Source: Octopus vulgaris
Taxonomy: Eukaryota
Direction: 5' to 3'
Length of the DNA: 64,000 nucleotides
Assembly (NCBI GenBank): GCA_951406725.2
Contig: OX597817.1
Location: forward strand, 167,400,001-167,464,000
The notes under the pieces were generated by a model. It worked only from the letters and a program-made list of their open reading frames with translations, was not told where the DNA came from and made no database searches. Each line of letters starts with the position of its first letter. The stretch's first letter is position 1. The position numbers and the translations under genes were made by a program. Of this stretch, positions 27,809-41,065 are shown in pieces.

Positions 27809-27846
<38 letters not shown>

Positions 27847-28069
27847 ACATACATACATATGCCACGTCAAAATGGTAGAGGAGTAGGTGCCGAAACAGGA
27901 CGTGGTTCCTCATGATGATGTCTTTAGCTAACTGGATCCTAGCAGACCACGAAACACGGTTGAAATTCCTCAAAGGGGAATATGTTGAATAAAATCAAAA
28001 TTAACTGATCCTCTTGTATTTTCTTTTACCCAGAGCCAGGAACTTTTCAGGACTCCTTCTTATAAGCAA

Positions 28070-28860
28070 AGGTATGAATAAACAAAGGGCATGAAAGTGG
28101 ATGTTCAAATCAGATTTAAAGGTTGGAACTGAAGTGTTGATCCGTGTAGCAGTTGAACAAACGCTTGTTTACAAATTGTGTGGAATGTCCCGTCGATAAG
28201 AATGTTGAATCACCCTTAGGTAGGCGTTGTGATGAAAAAGGTGAAAACATTAGTGACATAATAAGTGGAAGCCATAAAGTCGATTGCGTCAAGAGCTTTC
28301 AAAAAGAAGTACAACAAAATTGCACGCATTGGAAAAAATTTAATTTGGAGAAATCTAACAGGAGGTACAGACATGATATTAAAGTAGTGGAAGGAAGATA
28401 AGAAAATGAGTTTCGGTATTTCAATATTCAATGTAATAAAATTACTAAAACAAAATACCAGACATTGTTATCGTCAATATAAAAGGAAAGACACTGCAAA
28501 ATAATTAATAAGCATTCATCGGTGAATTTTAAGATTCGTGTCGCAGAAGCACTTTCATCAGACCCTCTCGCCCAATTGACCTTAGTGGGGTTGATCAAGT
28601 CCTAGTTTGCAGCTCAGCAGCGGCTAGCCATCGGACTTTTTGTCTTTATACAAAGGCACCTAGTGAAAGACTGAAAAATACCAAGATCTGACGGGTATGG
28701 GGCATGAAGGAAAAGGTGGAATTGTGACACCAGTAGTGGGGAAAATGAAATCATGTTTGGAGAAGATTGGGACTGAAATTTGGCCGGCAACTATTAAAAA
28801 AAAATTACATTATTAGGAATGGTAAAGACCCTAAAGAAGGGCTCGAACATTGGGAAGATG
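28070..28860 (+). pseudogene. Highly decayed RLE-type LINE C-terminal region
   Basis: SDLKVGTEVLIRVAVEQTL, SPLGRRCDEKGENISDIISG and ITLLGMVKTLKK resemble DLK.ETE.LI.AAQEQAL, SPLCR.C....E...HI.SGC and ALLGTA.ILR. Confidence 0.55.
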
Positions 28861-29099
28861 AAAACAAAAAAATTACTCACGAAAGAAAATTGAGCCAACT
28901 AATGGAATGGTAGGATTGTTGGTCATTTGATTATGACCCCTGCGAAATGGACGATAATATGGCATCTGTTGTTGTTTGACTAAAGTACGAACAGTAAGAG
29001 CGAAAAACTCAATACTGGTGGTAGAGTAAAAATAGAAATTTAAGGAAATTACATTATAATTTACTCTGTGATATGTAACTACTTACGACAAACAACAAT

Positions 29100-29186
<87 letters not shown>

Positions 29187-29189
29187 TTG

Positions 29190-30510
29190 ATTTCATTTAT
29201 TTGCCACAAGCGCGAAGGATGAGGGGTCAATACAGAGACAGTCATAAAGTGGCGAGGGGTTTACATATGATAATGAAATGATTAAAAAGAAGGTAAGTAT
29301 ACACGGTATACACTGAAAAAGAAGGGACATATGCATAGCATACAAAGGCAAAGAAAATGGCGGGGAGGATGATAGAGTGTTGCCCGCCTGATACAGGGAC
29401 GCTTCCAGGGATAATCGAGGAACCCCACTGTCCGAGATTTTCCTGAAACCCTCGGAGCAAGTGCTCTCTCCAGTTCCTTCTCTCTGACTCACAGGTCTAC
29501 ACTTAGAGAGGTACCATCCACTCTTGCCATTTTCGCATCTTCCCCCCCCCACCTTTCAATAAACTCACCCGAGGAGAGCATTTTTCTCTCCACCCTCAAT
29601 TTCCTTTTCAAGTGAAACTTGAAAAAGTCAATGAGAGCTCTACCAAAGAGGAATCTATCTGTCTTCATGCCTTTCAGCCTTGTCCAACAAACAACCTCTT
29701 TTGCCACAGCCACCAGGGCAAAGGAAAATTGCCTTTCCTGCCCGATTGAAGGAGGGCGACGGTCCCATCATCACTACAGACTCGGCCGACAGATGTATCT
29801 GTCCCACACGTGACAGCAGTTGTTCAACATAACCCCTCAAGTCAGCAATGCCCGGAATGAACGAGGGTGTGCAGAACGGTTTCGTCACTCTGCGCACACC
29901 ACGGTCAAATCCGTTTGACAGCACATCCGTGCCTGTAGAGTTTATCTCGAACCGGTAGCGTTAGTTAGTTAGTTAGTTAATTTGGCTCAAAAGCAAATAG
30001 CAAGGCCATGTAGGGGGACATGGAGTTAAGTACAGGGTGGTGTTCATGTAAAGAGTTCAGGCCACTTGAGGTCAAGGGAGGCTTTGAACAAAGCGGTCGT
30101 CGGCATCTTCACCATCTCGTCTGGCAGCTTGTTCCACGGATCCGCAACTCGGACGGAGAAAGCTCCTCTCCTTCGATTGAGATGAAATCGTCGCAGGTAG
30201 AGCTTTTCGGAATGACCCCGCAGCCGACGCTCTGGAGCAGGGTGAAGAACAGCTCTTTCGAGAGGTTACACTTTCCGCTTATGATGTTGTGGGCGAGAAT
30301 GAGATCACCACGGCGGCGGCGTTTTTCTAGAGAATAAAGGTCGAGCGTCCTCAGCCTTTCTTCATAGGAAAAATATTTGAGACCATGAACCATGCGGGTA
30401 GCCAGCTTCTGGACTCTTTCGAGATGCTGTATCCCCCACCCCGGTAAGTACTGCCAGGCCAAGGATATCTGGAAATTATCCATGATAGTTTCCGACCGGG
30501 AAGTCCTTAA
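29190..30510 (-). mobile_element. Decayed Tx1-like LINE fragment (second subfamily) split by a CR1 insertion
   Basis: AKEVVCWTRLKGMKTDRFLFGRALIDFFKFHLKRKLRVERKMLS is homologous to the 9701-10414 ORF. MDNFQISLAWQY resumes at ~30440-30483 beyond the insert. The 3' end lies next to (TAA)n. Confidence 0.75.
29961..30432 (-). mobile_element. 5'-truncated CR1-clade LINE 3' end nested in the Tx1-like copy
   Basis: LERVQKLATRMVHGLKYFSYEERLRTLDLYSLEKRRRRGDLI...LRGHSEKL...FSVRVADPWNKLP, with a (TAAC)n tail. Confidence 0.88.
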
Positions 30511-30519
30511 TGATCCTTC

Positions 30520-30886
30520 CTTTTATAAGCACAAGGCCTTTTATAAGCACAAGGGGAGGGGATAGTCGATCACATCGACTCCAGTACTCAATTGGTATTT
30601 ATTTCATAGACTCCGAATGGATAAAAGGCAAAGTCGACTTTGCCTTTCATTCATTCGGGGTCTATGAAATTTGAACTAAGAATTTGAACTCAGAATTTGA
30701 ACTCAGAATTTGAACTCAGAATTTGAACTAAGAATTTGAACTCAGAATTTGAACTCAGAATTTGAACTCAGAATTTGAACTAAGAATTTGAACTCAGAAT
30801 TTAAACTCAGAACGTGGTGACGACGAGCGAATTGCGGCTAAGCATTTCGTCCAGCGTGCTAACGATTCAGCCAGTTCACCCCTTAA
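30520..30886 (-). mobile_element. Rearranged SINE-B with internal palindrome and 13-bp tandem array
   Basis: An imperfect palindrome at 30601-30670 is centred on gtcgac, followed by (aatttgaact[c/a]ag) x ~11 at ~30668-30811 and then the SINE-B head. Confidence 0.8.
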
Positions 30887-31200
30887 TAATAATTCTCTCT
30901 TTATTAGACACAAGGGTTGCATAAAAAAGCAAAAGGACGATACAAAACAATGGATGGTGGGGTTTGTATAAAACACGTGTAAACAATAAAAAATATTTCA
31001 AACATAAAATTATAAGCAATCAAATTCCCCAATAGTGAGGAGCACCACCGAAACCGACTAAGGAACCCCACAGATTCCGAGTCACTTTGTTCATCGAATG
31101 TTCTGTGGTAAATGCTTCTCTCCCCTCCGTAAATTTCAGCCTACAGATGCATGCGTAGAGTTAGTCCATTTACTCGGGCCACTCTCGCTACATTTACCCA

Positions 31201-31423
31201 TCTTTCAACAAATTTAATGGCAGACAACCCCTCTTTCAACAAATTTAATAGCAGACAACCCCTCTTTCAACAAATTTAATGGCAGACAACCCCTCTTTCA
31301 ACAAATTTAATGGCAGACAACCCCTCTTTCAACAAATTTTATGGCAGACAACCCCTCTTTCAACAAATTTAGTGGCAGACAACCCCTCTTTCAACAAATT
31401 TAATGGCAGACAACCCCTCTTTC
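31201..31423. repeat. 31-bp minisatellite, ~7 copies
   Basis: Unit ctctttcaacaaatttaatggcagacaaccc. Confidence 0.95.
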
Positions 31424-31450
31424 TCAATCCTCACTTTTCTTTCCTCGTAG

Positions 31451-31485
31451 AGCTAGAAAACGCCGATGAATGCTTGGCTGAAGAG
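31451..31485 (+). CDS. Candidate 35-nt internal exon of an unidentified host gene (xLENADECLAEE)
   Basis: Pyrimidine-rich acceptor tcacttttctttcctcgtag, consensus donor GAG|gtaagt, non-repetitive sequence. No partner exons were identified. Confidence 0.35.
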
Positions 31486-31874
31486 GTAAGTGCTTGTCTT
31501 CAGCATTGCGGCCCAAGTTATTTCGTACGACACTTAACCGATGAAGCCATTGACTGCTTACAAGAGTACCCATATATCGACACCCGTATTAATCTAACCC
31601 AGGTACTTATTCCATCGATCTCAAGTTTTCTGCTAGCTAAGCTACGCTTTGACAGAAGAGAGCACAATGTGATACACTGGACTGCGCCGGTAAACAAAAC
31701 ATAGGAACATATACAAACACATGCACAGCTCGGTGTATTTACACCTATTTGTCTAAGCAGAAAGTTTTTTCTATGACACAATACACCGAATGGGTTTCTT
31801 ACGCGTTCGAATACGGCTCAAGCATATTTGAAGAGGTAACAAGTTTGTATTTATACACATTACTACTTTGCGGT

Positions 31875-32140
31875 GTGGAGGCACATGGCCTAGTGGTTAG
31901 AGCAGCGAACTCACGGTCGAGGGATTGCAGGTTCGAACCTCAGACCGGGCGGTGAGTGTGATTACGAGCGAAATGCCTGTCTCCGGCAGAAGGTAATGGC
32001 GAACCTCTGCTGACTTTTCGCCACAACTTTTTCTCACTCTTTCATCCTGCAGCTAGCAGCTCACCTCCGACGGACCGGCGTCCCGTCCAGGCGGGGAACC
32101 TATACGCCAAGGAAACCGGGAAACCGGCCCTTATGAGCCA
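31875..32140 (+). mobile_element. SINE family C, tail variant 2
   Basis: gtggaggcacatggcctagtggttagagcagcg head; tail cgacggaccggcgtcccgtccagg...ggaaaccgggaaaccggccc. Confidence 0.85.
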
Positions 32141-32709
32141 TGTGTGTATGTATATGTATGTATATATATGTATATACGTACGTGTGTATGTATGTGCGTA
32201 TATATGTATGTATGTATGAAGGAGAGTTTGAAGAAAGTCATTCTCTGTGAACGAGAAAGAAAACATTTCTGGGGTGTTTTGGGGTTTTTTTTGTTCTTTA
32301 TTCATGAGAGTAGGAACGAATGATTAGATATAGCAAATAATAAAGGTTTAAATGATTTAAACCTTAAAAGTTAATTAGTCTCATTTTTGCAGACACAGAA
32401 ACACTCAACTAATCAAAAACTTCAACCACAAAACCGTTAACTGAAAACTTCATTCTTGTAATCAGTGAATGGCTAAATCAGTTTAAGTACCATACTAAAT
32501 CAGTTTAAGTACCATACTAAATCATTTTGCATTTATATTAACAACTGCTCGGTGTATTTGGTGTCAAACCATACTCCTTAAATCAAAGAACAACGTACAC
32601 TTCTCGCTCTCAGAGTATCGTCTCTCCTGAGGCCTAAATGAACTTTTCTCCTACGTCACTTCCTAATATCACACCATCTGCTTTTATCTACGGCCATTAT
32701 CCAGAATAA

Positions 32710-33120
32710 GGATCTTTTCGGTTTGAACGGCAGTTTTTAACATAATTTCTAGGTAACTAAAATTTTTAAACTTCGTATACTGGTAGAATGTGTTTATAAA
32801 ACATCTTTTTCTCTTGGCTTTATTGAGAAAATTCTATAGTTTGTAAGATATTTGTTGTTTTTTTCTTCAATTTCTGCAATTTCAACCAATCAGTGACGTC
32901 TATTGAGGTAAAAAAAAACATTCTGTGCCGTATGAATATGTCCCTCGTTTAAGAAACAGATTGGGTTTATTTACATTTGTGAAGAAAAAAAGATACCCTT
33001 CCCCCACCCCTAACCCTAAAATAGATTGAAATGCAATAGATCGATTCTAGGGTCATAATTATGGGTGACAATTTCATATGACACCGCTAGAAAAAACTGC
33101 CGTTCAAACCGAAAAGATCC
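32710..33120. mobile_element. ~410-bp MITE with ~29-bp perfect TIRs and probable 8-bp TSD
   Basis: ggatcttttcggtttgaacggcagttttt ... aaaaactgccgttcaaaccgaaaagatcc, with flanks cagaataa / cagaatac. Confidence 0.88.
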
Positions 33121-33453
33121 CAGAATACTTTTACATAATTTATGCATTAATTTCCTTTTAATTTTATTTAAGTTTTCATTTCTCTTCTGTCTTTATTATG
33201 TTCCTCCTCAAATAGGTTATGAATTGGTAGAATTGTTAGCGTATCGATCGTACGCTTTTATGTAACAGTGTTTTATATTCTGGTTCAAATCCTACCTAGG
33301 TCAAATTTGTTTTTCATCTTTCCGTGATCGATAAAATAAATTAATACATGTGACGTATTGAGGTTTTGTTTAATTATCTTGCCTACCTGCACTAAGTGTG
33401 TGACCTTGTGCTTATGTTAGTAATTATATTCCTTTCATCTTTATTTTTATTTC

Positions 33454-33841
33454 GTGGAGGCGCAATGGCCCAGTGGTTAGGGCAGCGGACTCGCGGTCAT
33501 AGGATCGCGGTTTCGATTCCCAGACCGGGCGTTGTGAGTGTTTATTGAGCGAAAACACCTAAAAAAGCTCCACGAGGCTCCGGCAGGGGATGGTGGTGAT
33601 CCCTGCTGTACTCTTTCACCACAACTTTTTCTCACTCTTTCTTCCTGTTTCTGTTGTACCTGTATTTCAAAGGGCCGGCCTTGTCACTCTCTGTGTCACG
33701 CTGAATATCCCCGAGAACTACGTTAAGGGTGCACGTGTCTGTGGAGTGCTCAGCCACTTACACGTTAATTTCACGAGCAGGCTGTTCCGTTGATTCGGAT
33801 CAACCGGAACCCTCATCGTCGTAACCGACGGAGTGCTTCCA
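33454..33841 (+). mobile_element. SINE family C, tail variant 1, full length
   Basis: tRNA-like head with A box tggcccagtgg and B box gtttcgattcc. The tail ends ...ccctcatcgtcgtaaccgacggagtgc. The head resembles the tRNA-Arg-related octopus OR-type SINEs (recalled, unverified). Confidence 0.88.
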
Positions 33842-34568
33842 ATCCATTTTTATTTTGTTTTTGTTATTTTTAATTTCATTTTAATTTCATTTTAATATCA
33901 CTGTGTGTGCGTGTGTGAGAGAGAGACAGAGAGAGAGTGTGTGTTTGCGTGTGTACATGCACGTGTCTGTATGCATGCGTCACGCACTAGTGAGACTACA
34001 CGACAGCTTCCAATCTCCATATGTAAATGTAATTCCATGCATAAATGTGTGTGTGTGTGTGTGTGTGCGTATGTGTGTGTGTGCGCGCGCATGCCTCCTT
34101 CATTCTGTACGGCCATTTATTTATGTAGTGAGTAGGTGGAAATACAGCTTTTGAGGAGCTTCTTATCACTGACCTGGTCAATAAAAGCACCCTTCCTCGT
34201 TGATTAAGTTGACCATACCTTCCCGTTTTAACCCTTTTCTTTCTTACTTTTCTGCTCTCTCCCGTTGATCCATTCCCAAATACTCTCTCTCTCTCTCCCT
34301 TACTCTCTCCCTTACTCTCCTGGCCCCTTAACCATAAGATTGCACAGTAATAGACTCTTTGTCATTTCCCGTCGTCCTAACTCTCTTGGATTACGATAAA
34401 CCTCTTCATCCAAACCAACGGGAAACGAAACGCAAAAACTTAGAATTTTCAGCAATAATTTCAATTTTTTCCCCTTTTTCCCGATGTAGATCTCCATTAT
34501 GTAAAGTTAGAAAAACTTATATCTATTTGCAAAGGAGCCTTCACTTTCATCGCGACCTTAGTGGTTAC

Positions 34569-34611
34569 CGCCCGTTGACGAGGGACAACAATCCCGAAAC
34601 TAGCTCGAGCG
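34569..34611 (+). ncRNA. Degenerate minimal hammerhead-like motif in a ~600-bp unclassified segment
   Basis: cgcccg-TTGACGA-GGGA-caacaa-TCCC-GAAAC-ta-gct-cgagcg. Stem I has 5 of 6 pairs, stem II is perfect, and C3 and U16.1 are mutated. Confidence 0.45.
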
Positions 34612-34871
34612 TATCACTCAGGCTTGCGAGGAACGGATGGCCTCCCTTTGCAAATACTCCAAGGACACAGATATTGTGTCTAGAGCCAGCTAGAGACGAA
34701 AATCTCTTGGGGCTATAAAGCTACAGTAACACCCCCTCCCCAATGTGGTTAGCCATGATAAGATGGCTTCTATACTTTACATTATCGAGCGATTACTGTT
34801 TCAATCTCATTCTGAGATTTAATTATGAGATATCCATTAGTTTTCTCAGATTCTGATTGTTTAACACTCGA

Positions 34872-34902
<31 letters not shown>

Positions 34903-35292
34903 TATATACACACGCGCGCACACACACACACGCACGGTTGAACTTGCTTAGCCGTCACTCGTAAGCGAGCGTGATCTCGTAGCTTCTACCACGCTTTCAC
35001 TAGTTCTTTGAGGTGCTTGTGTAGTCTAGTGCGAACATAGACAGCCGTTCAGCCCTCCGGTTCTTGAACGAAGGGAACTGTGAGGAGCATGTAACAACTG
35101 GAGAGAGAGACAGAGAGAGAGGGGGGAGAGATAGAGAGAGAAAGAAAGAAAGAGAGAGAGAGTGAGGGGCAGAGATAGAGAGAGAGAAGGGGAGGGAGAA
35201 AGAGAGAGACAGAGAGACAGACAGACAGACAGACAGATTGACTGACAGACAGACAGACACGCACACGCACACACAGTGAGACAGAGACAGTC

Positions 35293-35323
<31 letters not shown>

Positions 35324-35354
35324 AGGCAGACAGACAGTTAGATAGATAGATAGG

Positions 35355-35399
<45 letters not shown>

Positions 35400-35400
<1 letters not shown>

Positions 35401-35747
35401 TGTTTCTTTATTAGCCACACTGGGCTACACACAGACAGGACAAAATTACAAGGTAGAGCTTTTCTTTTGGGGGTAAAAGAAGGGGGTTTGGTTTTCGATC
35501 AAAAGGGATCGTAAATGGAAAGAAAGAGGACAAAATAAGGGGGGGATATAATTTAAAAAAAAAAAAAAAGGAGGTGGGGGAAGGAAAAAAAAATTTGATC
35601 AATAGGGATCGTTATCACAGAAATGTCAATATGAAGTGTAAAGGGGAGGACAGGTGAGGTTTACCTGTGGAAAGAAAAGCCTACGGAAAAGACCACGGTA
35701 ACCTCGGTCAATGAAGTCATATGTTATATTTCCTTTTTTTTTGCAAA
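35400..35747 (-). mobile_element. 3'-UTR copy of the Tx1-like LINE inside (GATA)n
   Basis: Matches 9322-9670 closely, with (GATA)n immediately at both junctions. Confidence 0.88.
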
Positions 35748-35762
35748 GATAGATAGACAGAC

Positions 35763-35801
<39 letters not shown>

Positions 35802-35806
35802 CAGAC

Positions 35807-35863
<57 letters not shown>

Positions 35864-35900
35864 TAGTGTTGTGTGTCTGTATGTGTGAGAGAGAGTGAGA

Positions 35901-35940
<40 letters not shown>

Positions 35941-36265
35941 GTGTGTGAGTGTGAGTGTGTGTATGCGTGTGTGCTTGTGTTTGTCTGTCACCATAGCTTG
36001 AGAAGCGGTGTTGGTTATTTTTACGTCCCCGTAATCTAACGGTTCGGCAAAAGATACCGAGAAAATATGTAGGTGACTTACAAAAAGTACTGTGGTCAAT
36101 TTGCTCGACTAAAACCATTTAAGGCGGTACCTCAGCATGGCTGCAGTCCAATGACTGAAAACAAGTAAAAACATAACAGATAAATGATGCGTAGAAAATA
36201 GAAAATTATGAGAAAAATAGATTTTATTTAAAAAAAAGAAGCTGGTTAAATAAATATTAGAAAGA

Positions 36266-36530
36266 GTGCGTGTGTTGTGTTCTTGAGCAAGATACTTTAT
36301 TTCACGTTGCCCCTGTTCATTCAGCTGTAGAAATGTGTTACGACATCACAGGTGCCAAGCTGTATCGGCCCCTTTGCCTTTCCCTTGGATAACATCGGTG
36401 ACGTGGAGTAGGGAGGCTGGTATGCATAGGTGACTGCTGGTCTCCAATAAACAACCTTGCCCGGACTTGTGCCTCGGTGGTAAAAATTTTTCGGTGCAAT
36501 CCCGTGGTCATTTATAACCGAAGGGGGTCT
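36266..36530 (+). mobile_element. SINE family D (CORE-like) with alternative long tail, 5'-truncated
   Basis: gttgtgttcttgagcaagatactttatttcacgttg core plus tail ...ccgaagggggtct. Homologous to 63728-64000 (-). Confidence 0.75.
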
Positions 36531-36553
36531 AGAAGGAGAGGAAAATTTAATTA

Positions 36554-37050
<497 letters not shown>

Positions 37051-37267
37051 AGAGCATGACAAAACTACAAATCAGTTGCACCACATCACATCGCACTGCA
37101 TGCACGGCGTCGCCTCACAAGAGGCCACATGGCACTACATGGTGCTACACGACATTACACTGTATAATAACACAGCCCTTCAAAATGCACACCTATACTC
37201 ATCGCTATGCCGTACTGCAGCATCCTACGATACAATGCACTACTTGTTATTTCACCATACTTCACCA

Positions 37268-38047
37268 TACCTATTTCTTTACTACCCACAAGGGGCTAAA
37301 CACAGAGGGGACAAACAAGGACAGACAAACGGATTAAGTCGATTACATCGACCCCAGTGCGTAACTGGTACTTAATTTATCGACCCCGAAAGGATGAAAG
37401 GCAAAGTCGACCTCGGCGGAATTTGAACTCAGAACGTAGCGGCAGACGAAATACCTATTTCTTTACTACCCACAAGGGGCTAAACACAGAGGGGACAAAC
37501 AAGGACAGACAAACGGATTAAGTCGATTACATCGACCCCCAGTGCGTGACTGGTGCTTAATTTATCGACCCCGAAAGGATGAAAGGCAAAGTCGACCTCG
37601 GCGGAATTTGAACTCAGAACGTAGCGGCAGACGAAATACCTATTTCTTTACTACCCACAAGGGGCTAAACACAGAGGGGACAAACAAGGACAGACAAACG
37701 GATTAAGTCGATTACATCGACCCCAGTGCGTGACTGGTACTTAATTTATCGACCCCGAAAGGATGAAAGGCAAAGTCGACCTCGGCGGAATTTGAACTCA
37801 GAACGTAGCGGCTGACGAAATACCTATTTCTTTACTACCCACAAGGGGCTAAACACAGAGGGGACAAACAAGGTATTAAGTCGATTCCATCGATCCCCAG
37901 TGCGTGACTGGTACTTAATTTATCGACCCCGAAAGGATGAAAGGCAAAGTCGACCTCGGCGGAATTTGAACTCAGAACGTAACGGCAGACGAAATACGGC
38001 TACGCATTTCGCCCGGCGTGCTAACGTTTCTGCCAGCTCGCCGCCTT
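37268..38047 (-). mobile_element. Head-to-tail array of SINE-B (4 units)
   Basis: The junction (+ strand) gacgaaatacctatttctttactaccc occurs three times. A single head lies at ~38000-38047. Confidence 0.92.
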
Positions 38048-38226
38048 ACCGTCATACCGTCTCCCATTGCATTACGCCAGTGGACACTACCTCACTCTAC
38101 ACAGCACCGCCCTTCAACCAACACAGTACACTCCACCATACCATAGGACATCGCACTATACTACACCACAGCGCACTGTACTACATTGCACAACACTGCT
38201 TTATACTATACTTACATCTGCTCTAT

Positions 38227-38532
38227 GTGGAGGCACATGGCCTAGTGGTTAGAGCAGCGGACTCGCGGTCGAGGAATCACGGGTTCGAATCTCAGACCGG
38301 GCTATGTGTGTGTTTATGAGCGAAACACCTCAGCTCCACGCGGCTCCGGCAGAAGGTAATGGCGAACTTCTGCTGACTCTGTTGCCACAACTTTCTCTTA
38401 TTCTTTCCTACTGCATCTTGCAGCTCACCTGCGACGGACTGGCGTCCCGTCCAGGTGGGGAATCTATACGCCAAGGAAACCGGGAAACCGGCCCTTATGA
38501 GCCTGGCGTGGCTCGAGAAGGAACAAACAACA
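38227..38532 (+). mobile_element. SINE family C, tail variant 2, full length
   Basis: Same head and tail as 31875-32140, ending gctcgagaaggaacaaacaaca. Confidence 0.88.
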
Positions 38533-38814
38533 CCTGCTCTATACTACACAACTCTATACTATACTACACACCTCTATACTATACTACACACCTCTATACT
38601 ATACTACACAGCTCTATACTATACTACATCACAACGCACTACATTATAACACACCGCATAACACATCACTACACTACACTACACTGCACTAAATTATACC
38701 ACACCACACGACACCCGCTACCCCACAACACCCGCTACCCCACACTACCTCCACAGTTTGTTTGCTACGTGGAAATTCCCTTCTCTCATGCAGTGTGAGG
38801 TAGTGAAATATAGT

Positions 38815-39457
38815 TAGGGCCGTCTTAGTGGTATTATAGATCCCTGGGTAAACCAATGTACTGGACCCTGTAGTATTTATATACTGGTTTCAAATTTTGG
38901 CACAAGGCCAGTAGCTTCGAGGAAGGGGCTAAGTTGGTTACATCAACCCTAGAGCTCAACTGTTACTTATTTTATCGACCTAGAAAGGATGAAAGACAAA
39001 GTCGACATCGGTGAAATTTGAACTCAGAACGTGTAAACGGATGAAATGCCGCTAAGCATTTTGCCAGGATTGTTAACGATTCTACCAGCTCGCCTCCTTA
39101 TAGTATTTATATATTGGTTTCGAATTTTGGCACAAGGCCAGTAATCGCAACGAAAAGGTGATGGCATAGACCCCAGGGCTCAACTGGTACTAATTTTACC
39201 GAAACCCGAAAGAATTAACGGGAAAATCGACTTCGGCGGAATTTGAACTCAGGACACACAGACGGATGAAATGCCGGCAAGCATTTTTGCCTGGCGTGCT
39301 AACGATTCTGCCAGCTCGCCGCCTTAATAGTATTTATATGTTAACAGTAAACCAAGGCATTACACAGTTCAGAACTGGACCTCCTCAACTCACGCTCCTT
39401 CTCCCCACCCCTATCCTGGGAAAATGCCCTGCGTGTCCATGTTTGAAGACGGCACTA
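38815..39457. mobile_element. hAT-like MITE remnant carrying two older SINE-B copies (38883-39100 and 39113-39326, - strand)
   Basis: Termini tagggccgtctt / aagacggcacta are inverted, and the inserts show the SINE-B core atcgac...aaaggatgaaag..aaagtcgac. Confidence 0.5.
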
Positions 39458-40665
39458 AGTGTAGCCTGGCATAATGCGGTGTTGTGTGGAGTGTTGAAGT
39501 GCATTGTGGGGTGCTACGATGTAGTGTGATGTGATAGGCAGTAGAGTGGTGTAGCGTGGTTGTCAGGTATTGTGGGGTGATGTTTGGTGTAATTTATTGT
39601 GGTATCGAGTGGTATGGTGTGATGTGATGTGGTGCAGCGTGTAGCGTAGTGTTTCTGTGGTATGGTATTGTGGCGTTTGGTGTAGAGTAGAGTGACATAG
39701 TGTGGTTGGTCTCGTGTAATGGAGTGGGGTTTGGTGAGGTGTATTGTGTGGTGTGGTGTAGTGTGGTGTGGTGTGGTGCAGCGTGTAGTGTATTGTGGCG
39801 TGGTGTAGTGGGGTCTAGGATGGTATAGAGTGGTGTAGAGTAACGTGACATTCTGTCTAGTGTGGTTGGTCTCGTATTGTTGCTCTCGTTTGGCAGAGTG
39901 TGCTGTTGAGTGGTGTAGTGTGGTGTCGTGTGGTACAGCGTGTAGTTTAGTGTACTGTGGTGTGGTGTAGTAGGGTCTTGGATGGTGTGGAGTCTTGTAG
40001 TGTAGTGCGGCGAATTGTCGTTGGTCCCGTGTTGTGGAGTGGTTTTTGGTGTGGTGTATTGTGCAGTACTCTTATGTAGAGTGAGGTGGAATGGTGTAAA
40101 ACAGCATGTAGTGTGGTGTACTGTGATGTAGTGTAGTAGGGCCTGGTGTGGTGTAGAGTGGTGTAGAGCGATGTAGCGTAGTGCGATATAATGAGGAGGT
40201 TAATCTCGAGTAGTAGAGTGGTGTTTGGCGTCGTGTATTTTAGTGTATTGTGGTGTAGAGTGGTGCAGCGTGTAGTGTACTGTGGTGTGGTGTAGTGAGG
40301 TCTGGGGGTGGTGTAGAGTGTTTTACTGCAGTATGCTTGGTCTCGTGTTGTGGGGGGATTGGGGGTTTGGCGTGGTGTATTGTAGTGTTTTGTTGTGTGG
40401 TGTGGAGCAGCGTCTAGTACAGTGTACTGTGACAATGTAGTAGGGTTTGGGGAGTAGTGTAGTCCAATGTATTGTGGTTGGCCTCGTGTAGTGGAGTGGT
40501 GTTTGGCGTGGTGTGTTGTGGTGTAATGTGGTGCGGGGTGGTCAGATGTGATGCATAGTGCGGAGTGGTCAGGTGTGGTGCATAGTGTGCTGTGGTATAG
40601 GATGATATGTGGCGTAGTGGAGTGGTGTGTTGCAGTGCGGAGTGGTATAAGGCGGTTTTGTAGAG

Positions 40666-41065
40666 CAGTACTCCGCAACCTTTTTTCATTTGTGATACAC
40701 TCATATTCTTTTCAAAATTCGGCGGCACACCTAAACTAAAAATATAACTAGAAGTATAGAGGGGGAAAATTATATTCAGTGTGCCACGGTATACCGGTTG
40801 CGGTATATAAAGGCGGCGAGCTGGCAGAAACGTTAGCACGCCGGGCGAAATGCTTAGCAGTATTTCGTCTGCCGCTACGTTCCGAGTTCAAATTCCGCCG
40901 AGGTCGACTTTGCCTTTCATCCTTTCGGGGTCGATAAATATAGTACCAGTTACGCACTGGGGTCGATGTAATCGACTTAATCCGTTCGTCTGTCTTTGTT
41001 TGTCCTCTCTGTGTTTAGCCCCTTGTGGGTAGTAAAGAAATTGGTATACCGGTTGCGGGGCACTG
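40666..41065. mobile_element. hAT-like MITE with a SINE-B inserted in its right end
   Basis: Termini cagtactccgcaacc / ggttgcggggcactg. Confidence 0.6.
40811..41042 (+). mobile_element. SINE family B monomer with 16-bp TSD
   Basis: aggcggcgagctggcagaaacgttagcacg...ggtagtaaagaaatt. TSD ggtataccggttgcgg at 40788-40803 and 41043-41058. Confidence 0.92.

Noticed and set aside
31279-31704. 141-aa ORF
   Set aside because: The N-terminal half is the 31-bp minisatellite, and only the 35-nt segment has splice signals.
33454-33530. Functional tRNA genes at SINE heads (also 38227, 31875, 26735, family A heads)
   Set aside because: Each continues into a SINE core and tail, and the cloverleaf stems are not intact.
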